A stretch of 64,000 nucleotides of DNA from a virus: IMG/VR virus record IMGVR_UViG_3300045988_098382, one strand, 5' to 3'. Numbering within the stretch: position 1 is the first letter of the stretch; each line of letters opens with the position of its first letter. Shown here piece by piece: positions 48,103 to 58,856 of this stretch. Both the position numbers and the translations under genes were made by a program. The notes under the pieces were generated by a model, which was given only the letters and a program-made list of their open reading frames with translations, searched no databases and was not told the origin of the DNA.

Positions 48103-48567
48103 TCATAACTTATAATTGTTTTGTTGGTATTCTGCTACTAATAACTTAGCATTATCTGCAAGTGCTATAATATTAGATTTTAACAATCTTTTATAAGCAC
48201 ACAAGATAATACTGTAACAAGTTTGTTCAGAATCATATGGTTCTTCTTTACAGTCTTCCCATTGTGCAATGGTTAGAGTATTAAGACCATAAATTCCTCC
48301 AATATAAACCTCATTTATTGTCATAAGGTTTATATCTTTAGTTCTAAACATTCCATACATATCTGGACCAAGGTTAGCATTACGAAAACCTTTACGCCAG
48401 ATTCTTTTATGGAGTATCATACACTCAGATAGAGTATTGGCATTACCAATTTTAGTAAGCCAACACTCATAACTATTAACAAGACTTTGTTGAAATTTGT
48501 AATCTGCAACATTCTTGTTTAATTCACCTTTATGGAAAATTTTATTCCAAATGTTGTATTTCTTCAT
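48103..48567 (-). CDS. Hypothetical protein
   Basis: 154-aa ORF. Confidence 0.4.
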   Translation of the reverse strand: MKKYNIWNKIFHKGELNKNVADYKFQQSLVNSYECWLTKIGNANTLSECMILHKRIWRKGFRNANLGPDMYGMFRTKDINLMTINEVYIGGIYGLNTLTIAQWEDCKEEPYDSEQTCYSIILCAYKRLLKSNIIALADNAKLLVAEYQQNNYKL

Positions 48568-48572
48568 TTTAT

Positions 48573-48872
48573 TTAAATCGTTAAATTGTTTACAAGTTTA
48601 AATACCGCAGTATCAATAGATACATAATACATTTTTCGTTGAGTAAATTTCCCATTAATTATAAGATTCATCAACTTAGCTAATTCTACTGAATATGGAA
48701 TATTAGTAGCTTTTACTAAGAGTTGAATTGCATAATTATGAGATTTACGATTGGCTACAGACATGTTATGTGTTTTAATAACTTGTTTACGCCAATATAA
48801 ATGTTCCTTAGTTTTTATCTCTCGCAGATACAACTGGTGTACCTGCAAGAGAGTTGACCTACCTGTTAACAT
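48573..48872 (-). CDS. Hypothetical protein
   Basis: 99-aa ORF. Confidence 0.35.
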   Translation of the reverse strand: MLTGRSTLLQVHQLYLREIKTKEHLYWRKQVIKTHNMSVANRKSHNYAIQLLVKATNIPYSVELAKLMNLIINGKFTQRKMYYVSIDTAVFKLVNNLTI

Positions 48873-48880
48873 GGAATTAT

Positions 48881-49072
48881 TTATTTACGTTCGTCTAATG
48901 CTTTATATGCTAAACTATCAGCACACATACTTTCATCAATCTGACTAGCTTGATTACGTACTACATTACGTAAGTCAGAATTTTCTGACTGAAGAGTAGC
49001 TATTGTAAATAACAATGCTACAATTACTATCCCTAAAAGAATAGTAGAGATTACAAAGATATTATTTTTCAT
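48881..49072 (-). CDS. Small N-terminal-TM protein
   Basis: 63 aa; FVISTILLGIVIVALLFTIA TM. Confidence 0.35.
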   Translation of the reverse strand: MKNNIFVISTILLGIVIVALLFTIATLQSENSDLRNVVRNQASQIDESMCADSLAYKALDERK

Positions 49073-49245
49073 TTCTGTAAAGTGTTTAATTGGAATAGAG
49101 TTGATAACCCACTACCTTAATTAGTATTTTATTGCATAATACTACTAGTTGCCACATCGGGTGGTACTGCAACCATATTATTTTACAACTCTATTCCTTA
49201 TTGCCATTTAAATTGTTAACTAATAAAAGTAAGCAGTTTTAATAC

Positions 49246-49464
49246 TTACTCAGGTACATTTCTAATGTTTATTTCAACAATCTTGTCATAACATACATAA
49301 AATGTATATTTATCATTGCTAAAATATACACCTTTTGTAGTAAAATCGTCTACTTCAACATTATTATAAACTTTGCCACTAGCTGTAACAATAGTGACAT
49401 TAATGCTACCATCCTTTACAGGCATAATAGCTTCACAAATATTCATTGCTAAATGGTTATTCAT
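49246..49464 (-). CDS. Hypothetical protein
   Basis: 72-aa ORF. Confidence 0.35.
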   Translation of the reverse strand: MNNHLAMNICEAIMPVKDGSINVTIVTASGKVYNNVEVDDFTTKGVYFSNDKYTFYVCYDKIVEINIRNVPE

Positions 49465-49552
49465 AATAAATTCCCTTGCATTTTAAAAATTGATAACTAA
49501 TAAAAAGTGAGCAGTTTAAAGTCTTACTCAGGACCTGGATGGACTAAAACAA

Positions 49553-49927
49553 TCATAGAATATCCCACTCTTTAAGAGCTTCTAATGGTGTAGCACCATT
49601 ATCAAGTTCTCTTTGCACTTCTGCCTTAAGACCGAATTTATCGGCTATACGAAGTGCATCTTCAGCAGTTTTAACCATTGAAGATTTGGCTGCTGTGACA
49701 GTTACTTCTACTTTAGTAGTGACTTTAATCTCTCTAGCTATTACATACTTACTTGAGAGAATAAGTACACACAGCATTTGTAAACGTACGAAATCAATAG
49801 CATTCTTTGGAGTAACATTTACAAGATACTCTAAGGCTGCATTCCTCGAAACGTTTCCGTACACTACTTTTGACTCAGAGTCTACTACAATAATAAACTC
49901 CTCTGACTTAAATAAAATCTTTTTCAT
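49553..49927 (-). CDS. Hypothetical protein
   Basis: 124-aa ORF. Confidence 0.4.
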   Translation of the reverse strand: MKKILFKSEEFIIVVDSESKVVYGNVSRNAALEYLVNVTPKNAIDFVRLQMLCVLILSSKYVIAREIKVTTKVEVTVTAAKSSMVKTAEDALRIADKFGLKAEVQRELDNGATPLEALKEWDIL

Positions 49928-49966
49928 TTTTTTTGTTTTTTGTTAATGTGTTATTTATAAAAAAAA

Positions 49967-50254
49967 CTATTCAAAATACTCAGGATCAGTGCCTTTATAC
50001 ACTTCTGATAAATTAATACCAGTGTGTTCTCTAATACCTGCAGAGGTATCAAACCAGCAGGAAGCCCAATATGCATCATACTCAATATCAAGAACTAATT
50101 GTCCTTTGTAATAATGAGTAGACTTTACCTGGACTTTATCCAACTTATCTAATTTATCTAATACTTCTTTCTTAGATAAATTAGATAAGAGTACAAAGGT
50201 AGACACTAATGTGTCATACCCTTGTAACTCATTCTTTTTATTAGACATACTCAA
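49967..50254 (-). CDS. Hypothetical protein
   Basis: 95-aa ORF. Confidence 0.4.
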   Translation of the reverse strand: MSMSNKKNELQGYDTLVSTFVLLSNLSKKEVLDKLDKLDKVQVKSTHYYKGQLVLDIEYDAYWASCWFDTSAGIREHTGINLSEVYKGTDPEYFE

Positions 50255-50462
50255 AATCTCCTGTACGATTATTGTATTTACCTGTGACTTTAAGGGTATA
50301 ACCCTTATCAGCCTTTACTGGTACTGCGAAGGTTGTAATATCACCTTCTGTATAAGTTACTGACTTAACCTCTTTTGGGTTAAACTCTTTGAGTGCATCA
50401 ACTAAGTTGTCACTCTCTTTGACAAGACCTTTCTTGCCTTCTACTTCAATTTGTATCAACAT
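50241..50462 (-). CDS. Hypothetical protein
   Basis: 73-aa ORF. Confidence 0.35.
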   Translation of the reverse strand: MLIQIEVEGKKGLVKESDNLVDALKEFNPKEVKSVTYTEGDITTFAVPVKADKGYTLKVTGKYNNRTGDFEYV

Positions 50463-50558
50463 AATTTTTAAATGTTAAAGAGTTAATAAATAGAACTCCA
50501 GTCAGGTTACAACCCTGATACAATGCTTTTATTTACTGGAGTTGTTTAAAGATGAGCT

Positions 50559-51080
50559 TTATCTTACGAATCCAGGTACAGAGACTATGAATCCATTTTC
50601 TCTCTTGCAGTCTGGATGACCTGTTGCAGGAGATACTAAGTCTCCTCTACGCCTGCATTTAGGCTTACTATTGTTAGCTGCTAATACCATAGCAGAAACA
50701 ATATAGTAAGTACCATCTTCAGGCTCTGGAAGATTCTCAATCTCTCCATAAAATACCTTACTAATACCACAACAGAAGTTGCTAAATTTGTTCTCAACAC
50801 GCGCCACTTTACCTGACGGATGATACTGAGTACCATTGTTTATGGTAATGGTATGTGGAGTAAGATTGATAAATTTTCGTGGGACTAATTCAAAGTCTTC
50901 TCCACGTTCTTGAAAATCAAGATCTAGTAAATCTTCTTTTTGGTCATCAGTACGAATATCATAGTTAATTGTAGTATTAACTTTGTAGCTGTCAGTTACT
51001 GTACCGAGTACATTAGTGCTTTCATCATCAGGAGCAAAGCTGATTACTCTTGCTCCATTCTTTACAATATTCTCTTTCAT
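50559..51080 (-). CDS. Hypothetical protein
   Basis: 173-aa ORF. Confidence 0.4.
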   Translation of the reverse strand: MKENIVKNGARVISFAPDDESTNVLGTVTDSYKVNTTINYDIRTDDQKEDLLDLDFQERGEDFELVPRKFINLTPHTITINNGTQYHPSGKVARVENKFSNFCCGISKVFYGEIENLPEPEDGTYYIVSAMVLAANNSKPKCRRRGDLVSPATGHPDCKRENGFIVSVPGFVR

Positions 51081-51151
51081 TGTTATTTATTGTTAATGTG
51101 TTATTATTTTAGTTAATTAAGTAGTTTATACACTTGCTTAGGTGTTTGTGG

Positions 51152-51454
51152 TTATCTACAAATATCAATATCCATATCAGCTCCTCGACTTGCCTCAAAC
51201 GCATCCCAGTCAAAACCTTCTTTTGCAACTTTTAAATTATGCTCTACTTCAGTTGCATAAGATTTAAGTTGTTTATAGAATGTAATTTTACCAGTACGTG
51301 TTATAGATTGTCTGTATAGTTTATAACTACGTTCAGGATGTTTTGTTGCTTCTCTTCGTCCCCACTCAATTAGTTGATGAGGATTAAGTCCTATTTTACA
51401 CATTGTCATGTCATCACCAACAATTGTGTACACTACAATATAAAAATACTGCAT
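51152..51454 (-). CDS. Hypothetical protein
   Basis: 100-aa ORF. Internal Met MTMCKIG may be the true start. Confidence 0.35.
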   Translation of the reverse strand: MQYFYIVVYTIVGDDMTMCKIGLNPHQLIEWGRREATKHPERSYKLYRQSITRTGKITFYKQLKSYATEVEHNLKVAKEGFDWDAFEASRGADMDIDICR

Positions 51455-52086
51455 AACTTTATACGATTTACCTTATACTATCGCGAGGTTTTTAAATGAA
51501 TATTAAGCACTTTAGTTTTAAGACCTATAAACCACGTTGAGGTATGCTTTACGATATAGGATTTCGTCTAAAGTAAACTTTAGACAGGGATTTCAACCTA
51601 TGGAATAAAAAACCTTTTGTTTTTGTTTTGATATTTTTGTGTTTGTTATTTTTGGTGAAACATCTTACAAAGAATAAAAATATTATTGTATAATATCCTT
51701 ATAAATTATTTGATGTGATAGGATGATTTGGATGTGATATATAAGTTGGTTTTAGTGAGAGAGATTGGGAAATTGGGGAAAGGTTTGTTTGGTGGATGGG
51801 AGTTCGTGTGCACACAAACTCATACTAATCCATATAAACAACATACCTTCCTTACCCATTCCCAACTTATCCCCCACCATTTCCAACTATCTCTCCAAAT
51901 AGCGTATTTGACCACGATAACTTTATCATCCTCAATAAGCAACATAAAAATTCCAACAATTTGTGTCGGAAGTTGCACATTGTAAAATTCCAAAGTTTCT
52001 AGGTCAACTAATTTATTTTTTCCATAAACTCCTTTTATAGTTCTGTACATACAAAAAAATACAAAGAAATTTATAAAAAAAAATTT

Positions 52087-52118
52087 AAAGGAGAGAGATT
52101 ACTCTCTCCCCTTTTTGT
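52087..52118. terminator. Bidirectional hairpin terminator
   Basis: GGAGAGAG-AUUA-CUCUCUCC perfect 8-bp stem flanked by A-run and T-run. Confidence 0.55.
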
Positions 52119-52519
52119 TATGATAAGCGGATATTAGAGAAACGCTTAGCGTTACCATACTGAGTCAAAGTCTCAATATCCACTGTGATGGTGGACACGT
52201 CCTTATCCCCCAAGTACTTGGCACAAGCATTCAGGTCATTACAACCTGGGCACGCCTGTGATAGAATTCTGGTAACGTTTACTACTCTCTCACCATCGAG
52301 TCCGTCGATGGTGATACCCGATGCTGACAGTACAGTCACTGTCTGCGCAGCTTGACCGGTCATCATGTTTGCCGGTATCGTCCGTTCTTCCGCATTAAGC
52401 TGAACATTGTCACCAAGTGACAATACGATACCATTACTCTTGTTCAACGCTGCCTCAACCTGTGAGGCGCTCATAGCTGAATGGTTCACCTGACCATTCT
52501 TTCCAACTGAAATTTTCAT
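52118..52519 (-). CDS. Hypothetical small protein with strongly GC-enriched codon usage (about 45% GC vs about 28% background), bracketed by hairpin terminators. Probably very highly expressed or recently acquired.
   Basis: 133-aa ORF MKISVGKNGQVNHSAMSASQVEAALNK... Composition stands out from neighbours. Hairpins at 52087-52118 and 52560-52600. Confidence 0.5.
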   Translation of the reverse strand: MKISVGKNGQVNHSAMSASQVEAALNKSNGIVLSLGDNVQLNAEERTIPANMMTGQAAQTVTVLSASGITIDGLDGERVVNVTRILSQACPGCNDLNACAKYLGDKDVSTITVDIETLTQYGNAKRFSNIRLS

Positions 52520-52917
52520 AACCTTTTTGCTTTTTAAATGTTAAACTTTTTTTTTGTTTGGTTTTTACTCCAAATATGTGGGGGGCTCTAAGGGGCAGTC
52601 TACTCCCTCCCACATAATAAAAATTAATTTTTAAATCCAAATCCTCACCTTATTTTCTCCATAAAAATCCCTATTTTTAAACCCTAGGGGGCTATATAAA
52701 ATCTTCTCTAAAAAAATTTTAAAATTTTAATTTAAAAATCTTAGAATATTAACTTTTACAAAAATTAACTTTTAATATTCCATACCTCGACTATATTACT
52801 CGTGTAATCAAAAAGAAATATTAAATGAATAAAGAACAACTAATACAAAGTATTAAAAACCTTCCTGATTAGTATAATATAAATTTATAGGTTATTGATA
52901 ATGTAATTCATATAACT

Positions 52918-53127
52918 ATGACTAAACAGGTAGATGAATTTGAAGAATATTGTAGTAAATTAGATGATGAAACATTTAATAATGCTTGTCTAATATTTGG
53001 AATTATCTCAGATATATCTTTAGAAGATTTTTCTTCTAATTTATATAATTCTAAATATAAAAAATATAAACAAGAATTTAAACATATAGTAGATTTTTTA
53101 AATGATAGAAACATTACAAAAAATTAA
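52918..53127 (+). CDS. Hypothetical protein
   Basis: 69-aa ORF at the start of the plus-strand island. Confidence 0.35.
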   Translation: MTKQVDEFEEYCSKLDDETFNNACLIFGIISDISLEDFSSNLYNSKYKKYKQEFKHIVDFLNDRNITKN

Positions 53128-53323
53128 TAAAGTAGTTCCTAATCTTACAGTATCTCAATTAATAGAACTGGTAAATATTATTAATGGACCTAAATTAACT
53201 ATAGATAATATGATTTTAAAAGGTATAAAAGATATACCGCATAATGGGCTTATTTCAATAGACACTAGTAATAATAAAACTACTTCTACTGAAAATCCTT
53301 TTAATGTTAATAGTTATCTATAA
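53102..53323 (+). CDS. Hypothetical protein
   Basis: 73-aa ORF. Confidence 0.35.
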   Translation: MIETLQKINKVVPNLTVSQLIELVNIINGPKLTIDNMILKGIKDIPHNGLISIDTSNNKTTSTENPFNVNSYL

Positions 53324-53332
53324 AGATAATAT

Positions 53333-53404
53333 TCTCCTATGGTGTAATGGTTAGCACAGAAGACTCTAAATCTTTTAGTCAGGGTTCGAATCCTTGTGGG
53401 AGAA
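53333..53404 (+). tRNA. Amber suppressor tRNA (anticodon CUA), probably tRNA-Gln-derived
   Basis: Acceptor UCUCCUA/UGGGAGA (U1-A72, one G-U). U8. D-arm GUGU-AAUGGUUA-GCAC. Anticodon stem GAAGA/UCUUU, 7-nt loop CUCUAAA (U33, C34-U35-A36, A37). T-arm CAGGG-UUCGAAU-CCUUG. Discriminator A. Confidence 0.8.
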
Positions 53405-53496
53405 GAATAGTATAAGTAGAAACCTCCACGTGGTGCTATTCGGGTAACGCTAATTCTACTTCAAAACATAACAAAGTTTAAATTTTTAAATAAGAA

Positions 53497-54174
53497 TTGA
53501 ACATGGGTTATATTTATTGTATTACAAATTTAATTAATGAAAAGAAGTATGTTGGAAAAACAACATATTCAGTTACAAAAAGATTCCAAGAACATTGTAG
53601 GGATTCCAAAAAAGAAAGATGTGAAAGAAGACCTCTGTATGATGCTATGAATAAGTATGGTATTGAAAATTTTGTAGTGGAAGAATTAATAGAGTGTCCG
53701 AATGATGAGCTAGATTCATATGAAAAAATGTATATAGAAAAATTACAAACTTACGGACACAATGGCTATAATGCTACTAAAGGTGGAGATGGCTCTATAC
53801 TATTTGATTATGATAAAATTATTGAAACCTACGCGTTAGGAGGTACTATGACTGAATGTGCTGCCAAAATGCATTGTTCAGTAGATACAGTTAAAAAAGT
53901 ATTAACTATTAATAATATTCCTATAAGACATAATCGAAGAGGTTGTTGTTCTGACCCTAAAAAAGTAGAACAATATTCTCTTGAGGGAGTCTTTATAAAA
54001 GAATGGGAAAGTATAACATTAGCTGCTCATTGGTTAGTAGATAATGGTTATGCTAAAACTTATAATAGTGGAGTAAAACAAAAAATAAGATTATGTATGC
54101 GAGGAAAAAATAAAACAGCATATAAATTTATTTGGAAATTTCCTCAAGAAGAACATGATATCAGCAATTTATGA
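53497..54174 (+). CDS. GIY-YIG homing endonuclease
   Basis: N-terminal GYIYCITNLINEKKYVGKTT...RFQEH matches the GIY-(10-11)-YIG core with Arg and Glu. C-terminal basic DNA-binding region. Confidence 0.8.
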   Translation: MNMGYIYCITNLINEKKYVGKTTYSVTKRFQEHCRDSKKERCERRPLYDAMNKYGIENFVVEELIECPNDELDSYEKMYIEKLQTYGHNGYNATKGGDGSILFDYDKIIETYALGGTMTECAAKMHCSVDTVKKVLTINNIPIRHNRRGCCSDPKKVEQYSLEGVFIKEWESITLAAHWLVDNGYAKTYNSGVKQKIRLCMRGKNKTAYKFIWKFPQEEHDISNL

Positions 54175-54439
54175 ATTAAATGGTAAGATTTTAAAAACAA
54201 CTAATCTTACTAAAAAATTAAAACGATTAAAATCAGAACCTAAGATTCTATTTCAATTAGAAAATGGAACAGAAGCTGATTTAGACCAATGGATTAAAGA
54301 CAACCAAAATATAAATTCTAATTCAGAAAAAGAAGATATAGAAATTAAAAAATATCATTATAGAAATCCAATTACAGGATATACAATGACTTCTATATAT
54401 GATAATCTAGATGTTAATGGTTATATAAAAATTGATTAA
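54155..54439 (+). CDS. Hypothetical protein
   Basis: 94-aa ORF. Confidence 0.4.
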   Translation: MISAIYELNGKILKTTNLTKKLKRLKSEPKILFQLENGTEADLDQWIKDNQNINSNSEKEDIEIKKYHYRNPITGYTMTSIYDNLDVNGYIKID

Positions 54440-54633
54440 TGACTAACAAAGAATTAAAAGACTTAAAGTCTAAAATGAACAAAGTACTTAATGAAGTACA
54501 GTAGATTATTGATACTATAGAAGATAATGATTTACAAGATAATCAATTAACTCTTGATTTTTGTGATAAGTTAAATGAATTATCTGTTACTTATTAATAA
54601 ATATTTGGGGATAGGTATTTATTAATTTTAAAA

Positions 54634-54668
54634 AAATAGCCGGAGCTTCTCATTTGAGAAACTTCGGC
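54634..54668. terminator. Bidirectional hairpin terminator at the convergence of the plus-strand island and the recoded minus-strand block
   Basis: GCCGGAGCUUCUCAUUUGAGAAACUUCGGC near-perfect hairpin, then UAUUGUGGUUUU. Confidence 0.5.
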
Positions 54669-54677
54669 TATTGTGGT

Positions 54678-57516
54678 TTTAATGTCCCAACTCCTACAAA
54701 AACTATCTAAAATGGTAAGATCTAGTCTGAGGATAATACTCCCGATTATTCATATTGTTATATATATCTATAAAACCTCCAATAGTGCCTGTACTTACTC
54801 CTATAGGAGTGACATATTTATTCCACTAATACTAAATATTATCAACTTTTCTTTGTGGTATTACAGAAAAATTAGTTTGCCAAGCATGTGTACGACTTTC
54901 CTAAAGTTTTTTATTCCATTTTCTATACTAAGGATATTTATAATAAGCTTTAGTATAATCATACTGAGGCTTAGAAGAATAGACATAATTATTAAGAGGA
55001 CTATATTCTGTAGTCTATTTTACTTTAGGTCCAAACCCACTATACTTTACATATTTACCCCATCTCATAGGAGCAGTATAAGGGTTAATAACTTGATATT
55101 CAGGGAATCCCATGCTTGTATAATCTCTAAAATCAAATCTAGGATTTGAACCTATTTCTAGCATATTAGTAGCTCCTGACTAAGATCCTGAAGAGTAACT
55201 TTTTAATCCGATAGTAGGCTACTACAAAGCACCAAAATACTTACCTCCATTATATGTCTCTCCATAATATCCATTTATATTTAATTTTTTAGCTAACTCT
55301 GTAGTCTATTTGGTACCTTCTTCTATAGATAAAGTACCCTAAGCTACTTTTCTATTAATATCATCAAATAAATAATAATTTGGGTCTGTTCTTTGTAATC
55401 TATTTTTTATAGAATTTACATAATCCTAAAAAGAATTAATGCCAACTCTATTATTTAATATAGCCGTAACATCTCCTCCTAAACCTCCCCTTGAAGAATT
55501 TAATAACTAATTACCTCCAATTCCTGAAGCCTATCCATTAAATGGGGCTACTACGGAACGAAGAGCATTATTTTCTGTAGTAATATCCCATTTTGGAGTA
55601 AATTTAGAAGACCAGAATGCTGTTCTTATTCCCATATTATCTGCTATTAAATTCTAATTAACTATAGATTCTACAGCATCGTCACTATAAACCTATGGAA
55701 TATTCCATCTAGTTCTAGCTTCCTAAATTTCCTAAGGAGTTAACTTTAGTCTAGCCCAATCATTAGTAACAGCATTAGTATTCATTTTCTAGATTCTATT
55801 AGTTAGCCAAGGACTACTAAACATTTGAGCTTGTCTACCTACTTGCTTAGGTTTAAAACCATTATAGTTATCCATAGCTACCATTAAATCATATATTCTA
55901 GGATGTTTCTATAATTGGATATATAATTCTTCAGCTTTTATAGGCAGAGCCTACTCTGTAGTATTAAATACTTGACCTTTCTATATAGCTGTGTTACCTA
56001 GTGATTCCCACTATTTCTATAACTATTTATATTTCTATGGGTATAGTCTAGAATAATAATTATGAGCTAACTATCCTGTAGCATATCCTTTAGCATCTTC
56101 TCCAATAGTCTAAACATCGATTACATGATTACCATCAGAATTAAATACTTTGTTATTACCTTCTAAGGACTATTTAAACCCATTAGATGGTCCATATTGA
56201 GATCCTTTTTTACCAATACTTTTCTAGACTGCTCCTAATCTAGATTTAGTTGTTAGTAACTCTAAGTCATGAGGTACTCCGTTAATAATTCCAGAACCAT
56301 ATAATCTTGTAGAACCTCCAACAATAGCACTACCATTTAGAGTAGTTTCTAAATCTTTTAAATACTAACTTAACTCAGAAATACTTGAAGTAACTTTACC
56401 AGTTTCATAATTTATTTTTGGGCGAATAGTTACTTCTTGTCCATTTAAATTAATAGTTACGCTAGGATCTTTAATCTATTTTAAATTAGTTGCATAATCA
56501 GCGTGCCATTGTTTTCCACTTTTAGCAGTAGCTTTCCAATCAATTCTAGGATTATGAGTTCTAGTGTATGTTATATTTCTATATTCAGATAGAGCATTAG
56601 GATAAGTCGCCTCTAAATCAGACATTTTATTTTGTAGCTACTATTCATAAGCTTCTTTAGATGCAGATCTAGCCTCACCTATACTACTCCAAGTATATTT
56701 TTTATTAATTATATCAGATAATCTTTTAGCGGGTTTCCAAGATTTATAAATTCTATTAATACCATAAGGAGCAAAAGTAAAAGCGGTATTTAATCCAGCA
56801 CTTGCGTAATTTTTATCTTTAATATCGTGGTGTATGTCAGCAAGATTTTGCCCTATAAACATAGCATTACCTATACCTCTAGCAGTAGCACTAGGTAACA
56901 TACTAAGTACCATAGAAGTACCAGTATTTATATCATGTATAGATTTTAATAATCTATAACCTAAAGGAGCATCCCACTAAGAATTATTTACAAGATTTCC
57001 ATTACTATCTTTTAAATACTATCCAGTTTCTAAGTCTTTTAAGAATGGATCTTCTGGATTATAATCTACTGATCTATCAGACTATATATTAGGAGATACT
57101 TTATAAGTACTGCGATAATTAGCCTCAGCCTTATCTCTAGCATTTTTAGCTAGTACTTTACTTCCTGAGGTTTTTGAAGACGCTAACTCAGCAGCATTGC
57201 GCACTTTATTAATATTTATTTTGTGTGCATTATTAAAACCCTAGTTTACTTCCTATTTATTAGTTCCTCCAGTATTTACTAATCTATTTTTTCTATATAT
57301 AGGAGCATAAAATGTTTTTACTCTAGTACTATTATTCTATTCAATATGCTGAGGCACAACTTCTACCTAAGGTCTCTATAATTTTTGAGTTCTCTTCTAA
57401 AGATTTTGAAGATTCTAATATAAAGATTTTACTGAAACACCATTATCTTTAGAATTAAATAAATTTATTCCTCCCCAAGACTATTTATAATTATTATCTT
57501 TTACCTATACAGCCAT
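54678..57516 (-). CDS. Large recoded protein (about 945 aa, more than 40 in-frame TAG codons), probably virion/tail-associated
   Basis: Hand translation from ATGGCUGUAUAG... (M A V Q V K D N N Y K Q S W G G I N L...) down to a UAA at 54678..54680. Contains the fragment the track reports as 56641..56913. TAG is the only in-frame stop. Coordinates approximate. Confidence 0.5.
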
Positions 57517-58638
57517 GGTGTTCTTACTATTACTGGAGTTCCTAATTTATCTAATATTTTTAATCCTAACACAGCTTTACTGTCTAAATCATATAAACTC
57601 CATTTCTACTTATATTCATCAGGATTAAACTTCCAAATATCTTGTGCTCTATATACTTTTTTACCATTAGATATTCCTTCCTAAACTAAATGTCCAGCAG
57701 CATCAACTCCATTATCTCCAAAGTCTAGATTATTATTAGCACCTTTCCAAGGAGTTTTATTAGTTACATTAGAAGCTTTCTACATAGGTCTCTTAGTAAA
57801 GAAATCTAAAGTTTCAGTATTTTCATATACAGGAATATTTTTATATGGGTATATCTTTCTTATATAATTCTCATGCGGACCATAATCTATATTTATTTTC
57901 TTTACTCCATAAGAAGGATTAATAGTTTTATTATATAAATAAGCATCAATCATATCATTACCTTTAGCTGCTTTCTAAAATCCAGTATATGCTTCAGGAG
58001 CATAAGTATTATACCCTATACCAGTTGATATATAAGATAATACTCCAGCATGTTTTTTAGGACTTACTTTATGCATATTATATACTATATCTTCTATAGG
58101 ATTAGCATTATTAGAAGTTCTCATAGCTACTTCTACTCCACGTTTTAAAGGAGCTTTTACAGCATATCCTATTGCAGGAAGTATTAATAAATAATTACTA
58201 GCTTTAGTTGGATTTCTAGATATATCTAAAGCACCTTTAGTATAGTCATATATTGCCTAAGCAGCTGGAGCTAAAGCATAACCTATTCCTGAATTAACTA
58301 ATGCTTTAATAGGACTAGTATTATTATTCCAACTGTCTATTTCTCTAGCATATGCTCCTTTTATAGGATGATTTCTATTCTTATTACTATAATTATATAA
58401 TTTAGAATTAGTATGTCCTCCCCTATTTTATAGTTCCTCTATTATCTACAAATACATCTCGTATACTATTTAAAGTTCTAACTGGAATAACTCTCTACTA
58501 ATATTTAGCACCAAAATATGGAGATTTAAATCTAGGATGACTTAGTCTATTCTAATACTCCATATTTATAGCCATCTATTTATTCCGAGTATTATTATTT
58601 ACTCCCTTGTTTTGTTTACTCTCATCTACTATTGGCAT
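57501..58638 (-). CDS. Recoded protein (about 379 codons) with a frame discontinuity at a GGGG run near 58410
   Basis: Starts MPIVDESKQNKGVNNN... Frame 1 hits UAA just after AAAUAGGGGAGG. A -1 shift in the G-run continues a clean ORF (...GGHTNSKLYNY...GIGYALAPAAQAIYDYTKGALDISRNP...TPWLYR*) with TAG as sense. Confidence 0.4.
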
Positions 58639-58640
58639 AT

Positions 58641-58856
58641 TTATACTTTATTTTTCCATATACTAGTTATACTGTCTATACCTAATAATCCCATACAACA
58701 ATATAAAACTGTATCTACCATATCTGGTGCTTGTATCTAACTAATAGAACAGTATATTAGAATAATTAAACTAACTATCCATCCTAATATTCCACATACT
58801 CTTTTACTACTTATTCCAGTATGTGCTGTTACTAATTTAATTAAAAACTCTTTCAT
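58641..58856 (-). CDS. Holin-like small membrane protein (72 aa, one in-frame TAG)
   Basis: MKEFLIKLVTAHTGISSKRVCGILGWIVSLIILIYCSIS[TAG]IQAPDMVDTVLYCCMGLLGIDSITSIWKNKV: two TM segments. Sits 1.8 kb from the SLT lysin. Confidence 0.45.

Noticed and set aside
54673-55149. Plus-strand 158-aa ORF, the only sizeable standard-code ORF in the 54.7-59 kb stretch
   Set aside because: Hydrophobic low-complexity product (I/L/F/S-rich) lying exactly antisense to the 3' end of the large recoded minus-strand gene. It is an artefact of AT-rich antisense sequence lacking stops.
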